Shown here one piece after another: positions 62,981 through 64,000 of a DNA stretch of 64,000 nt. This DNA comes from Prochlorococcus sp. AG-347-I19 (GTDB lineage Bacteria > Cyanobacteriota > Cyanobacteriia > PCC-6307 > Cyanobiaceae): the NCBI GenBank assembly GCA_003279105.1, contig QCBO01000002.1, positions 40,770 through 104,769 on the forward strand, written 5' to 3'. Numbering within the stretch: the first letter of the stretch is position 1; each line of letters opens with the position of its first letter. The notes beneath the pieces were generated by a model that had not been told where the DNA came from, searched no databases, and saw nothing but the letters and a program-made list of their open reading frames with translations. The position numbers were made by a program, and so were the translations under genes.

Positions 62981-63181
62981 TTAGTTTCCGTTCCAATCTA
63001 CTGAGAACCCCTGTAATAGAAGTGATTGGTTATAAATTTGTAGAAGAATAACTAAAAAAACCAAAAGTAGTAGACCAATAACTGTCATGATAGGAACTGC
63101 TCCCCAACCGGGTACAACTTTTCCCTGACCTGAATTGCCAATTGCTTTTAAAAGACTCCCTAAGGCTGTTTTTTGACCCAT
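62981..63181 (-). CDS. psbH: Photosystem II protein PsbH
   Basis: [12 protein letters not shown]...[12 protein letters not shown]...[18 protein letters not shown]. Confidence 0.96.
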   Translation of the reverse strand: MGQKTALGSLLKAIGNSGQGKVVPGWGAVPIMTVIGLLLLVFLVILLQIYNQSLLLQGFSVDWNGN

Positions 63182-63261
63182 GTTAAAATCACAAAATCGA
63201 ATATTATTTCGCTATTGTATAAGAACTTATACATAAATTGTTTACAAACTTAGCAAAATTG

Positions 63262-63414
63262 ATGCAAACTTTATCATCTGCTCCAGATCCTGCAGTTTCT
63301 ATTGCGGTAACAATTCTGGCATTACTTCTAGCTTTAACCGGTTTTGGTCTTTGGACTGCGTTTGGACCAAAAGCTGCAAAGCTTACGGATCCTTGGGATG
63401 ACCATGACGATTAA
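63262..63414 (+). CDS. psbN: PsbN (50 aa), not in the ORF track
   Basis: Manual translation MQTLSSAPDPAVSIAVTILALLLALTGFGLWTAFGPKAAKLTDPWDDHDD*; divergent from psbH. Confidence 0.95.
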   Translation: MQTLSSAPDPAVSIAVTILALLLALTGFGLWTAFGPKAAKLTDPWDDHDD

Positions 63415-63522
63415 TCGTTCTTAAAGTATTTCAAAATTTTCCAAAAATACAAAAAGTAAACAATTAACCATAGTTTAATTATAAATTTAATAAGATATAA
63501 ATCTGTCAGCACTAGTAATTCC

Positions 63523-63651
63523 ATGCTCGCCTTAAAAATTTCTGTCTACACTATCGTCTTTTTCTTTGTTGGTATATTTCTTTTCGGATTTTTAGCAAGT
63601 GACCCAACAAGAACGCCAAATAGAAAAGATTTAGAAAGTCCTCAGGATTAA
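63523..63651 (+). CDS. psbI: Photosystem II protein PsbI (42 aa), not in the ORF track
   Basis: Manual translation [42 protein letters not shown]. Confidence 0.96.
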
Positions 63652-63671
63652 TAACTCATATAATTTTTAAA

Positions 63672-64000
63672 TTGAATCCTAGAATTTCAAAAAAAGTAAT
63701 ATTTTTCTCTTTTCTTTTTATTAACATCCTACAGCCATCAAAGTCAGCTGAACTTCTAAAAGTTAATAAAATTATCAATAATCATAATACTAAATTGATT
63801 TGGTCAAAGTATTTTAGTGAACATACCTTATTAAATTCTTCAAAAATTTCTGATGATAATACTACCTTTGGAAATTTATTAAAGAAAAAATTTGATTCAT
63901 TTTTAGTAGCTAAAGCCAAAAAGCAACAAGAGTTAATAATTCAATCTGATAAACAGTCTGAAATAAATGATGTTATTTATGCAGAGGGAAATGTATCCGT
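63672..64000 (+). CDS. N-terminal part of an exported protein (likely DUF3769/LptD-like), runs off window end
   Basis: Open frame from TTG 63672: signal-like N-terminus (KKVIFFSFLFINILQPSKS), ending ELIIQSDKQSEINDVIYAEGNVS. Family assignment rests on the IQSD.Q...I.AEGNV motif and position after psbI. Confidence 0.6.
   Translation, partial: MNPRISKKVIFFSFLFINILQPSKSAELLKVNKIINNHNTKLIWSKYFSEHTLLNSSKISDDNTTFGNLLKKKFDSFLVAKAKKQQELIIQSDKQSEINDVIYAEGNVS

Overview
AT-rich, densely packed core-genome segment of a marine picocyanobacterium. Gene content, order and composition point to a high-light Prochlorococcus (inference, no database search). It runs from argS (partial) through nadC, mnmE, rel, pgk, murG, pyrD, the secE-nusG-rplKAJL cluster, clpB2, eno, a bicA-sbtA-sbtB carbon-uptake operon, hemB, mutS2, obgE, cp12, psbA, aroC, ftsH, sat, psbO, coaBC, pyrB, gatC, crtR, tRNA-Leu(TAG), ileS, glmM, thyX, dcd, ntcA and pth to psbH/psbN/psbI. 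I found no integrase, transposase, prophage, CRISPR array or genomic island, and no multi-gene system I can honestly call new. The best leads are small-scale. (1) crtR and mpg both have conserved, open N-terminal coding regions with no ATG/GTG/TTG start. (2) A thioredoxin reductase lacking NADPH motifs (ferredoxin-dependent type) converges on the bicA-sbtA-sbtB operon with no terminator between them. (3) ClpB2 has lost both NBD1 arginine fingers. (4) A CobO-like protein with a destroyed P-loop heads the dcd-thyX operon, divergent from ntcA. (5) A 42-aa ORF upstream of psbA is missing from the ORF track. (6) A Yfr1-complementary seed lies upstream of hemB. Several cis-RNA elements are also visible: an L1 site, the L10 leader and hairpins.
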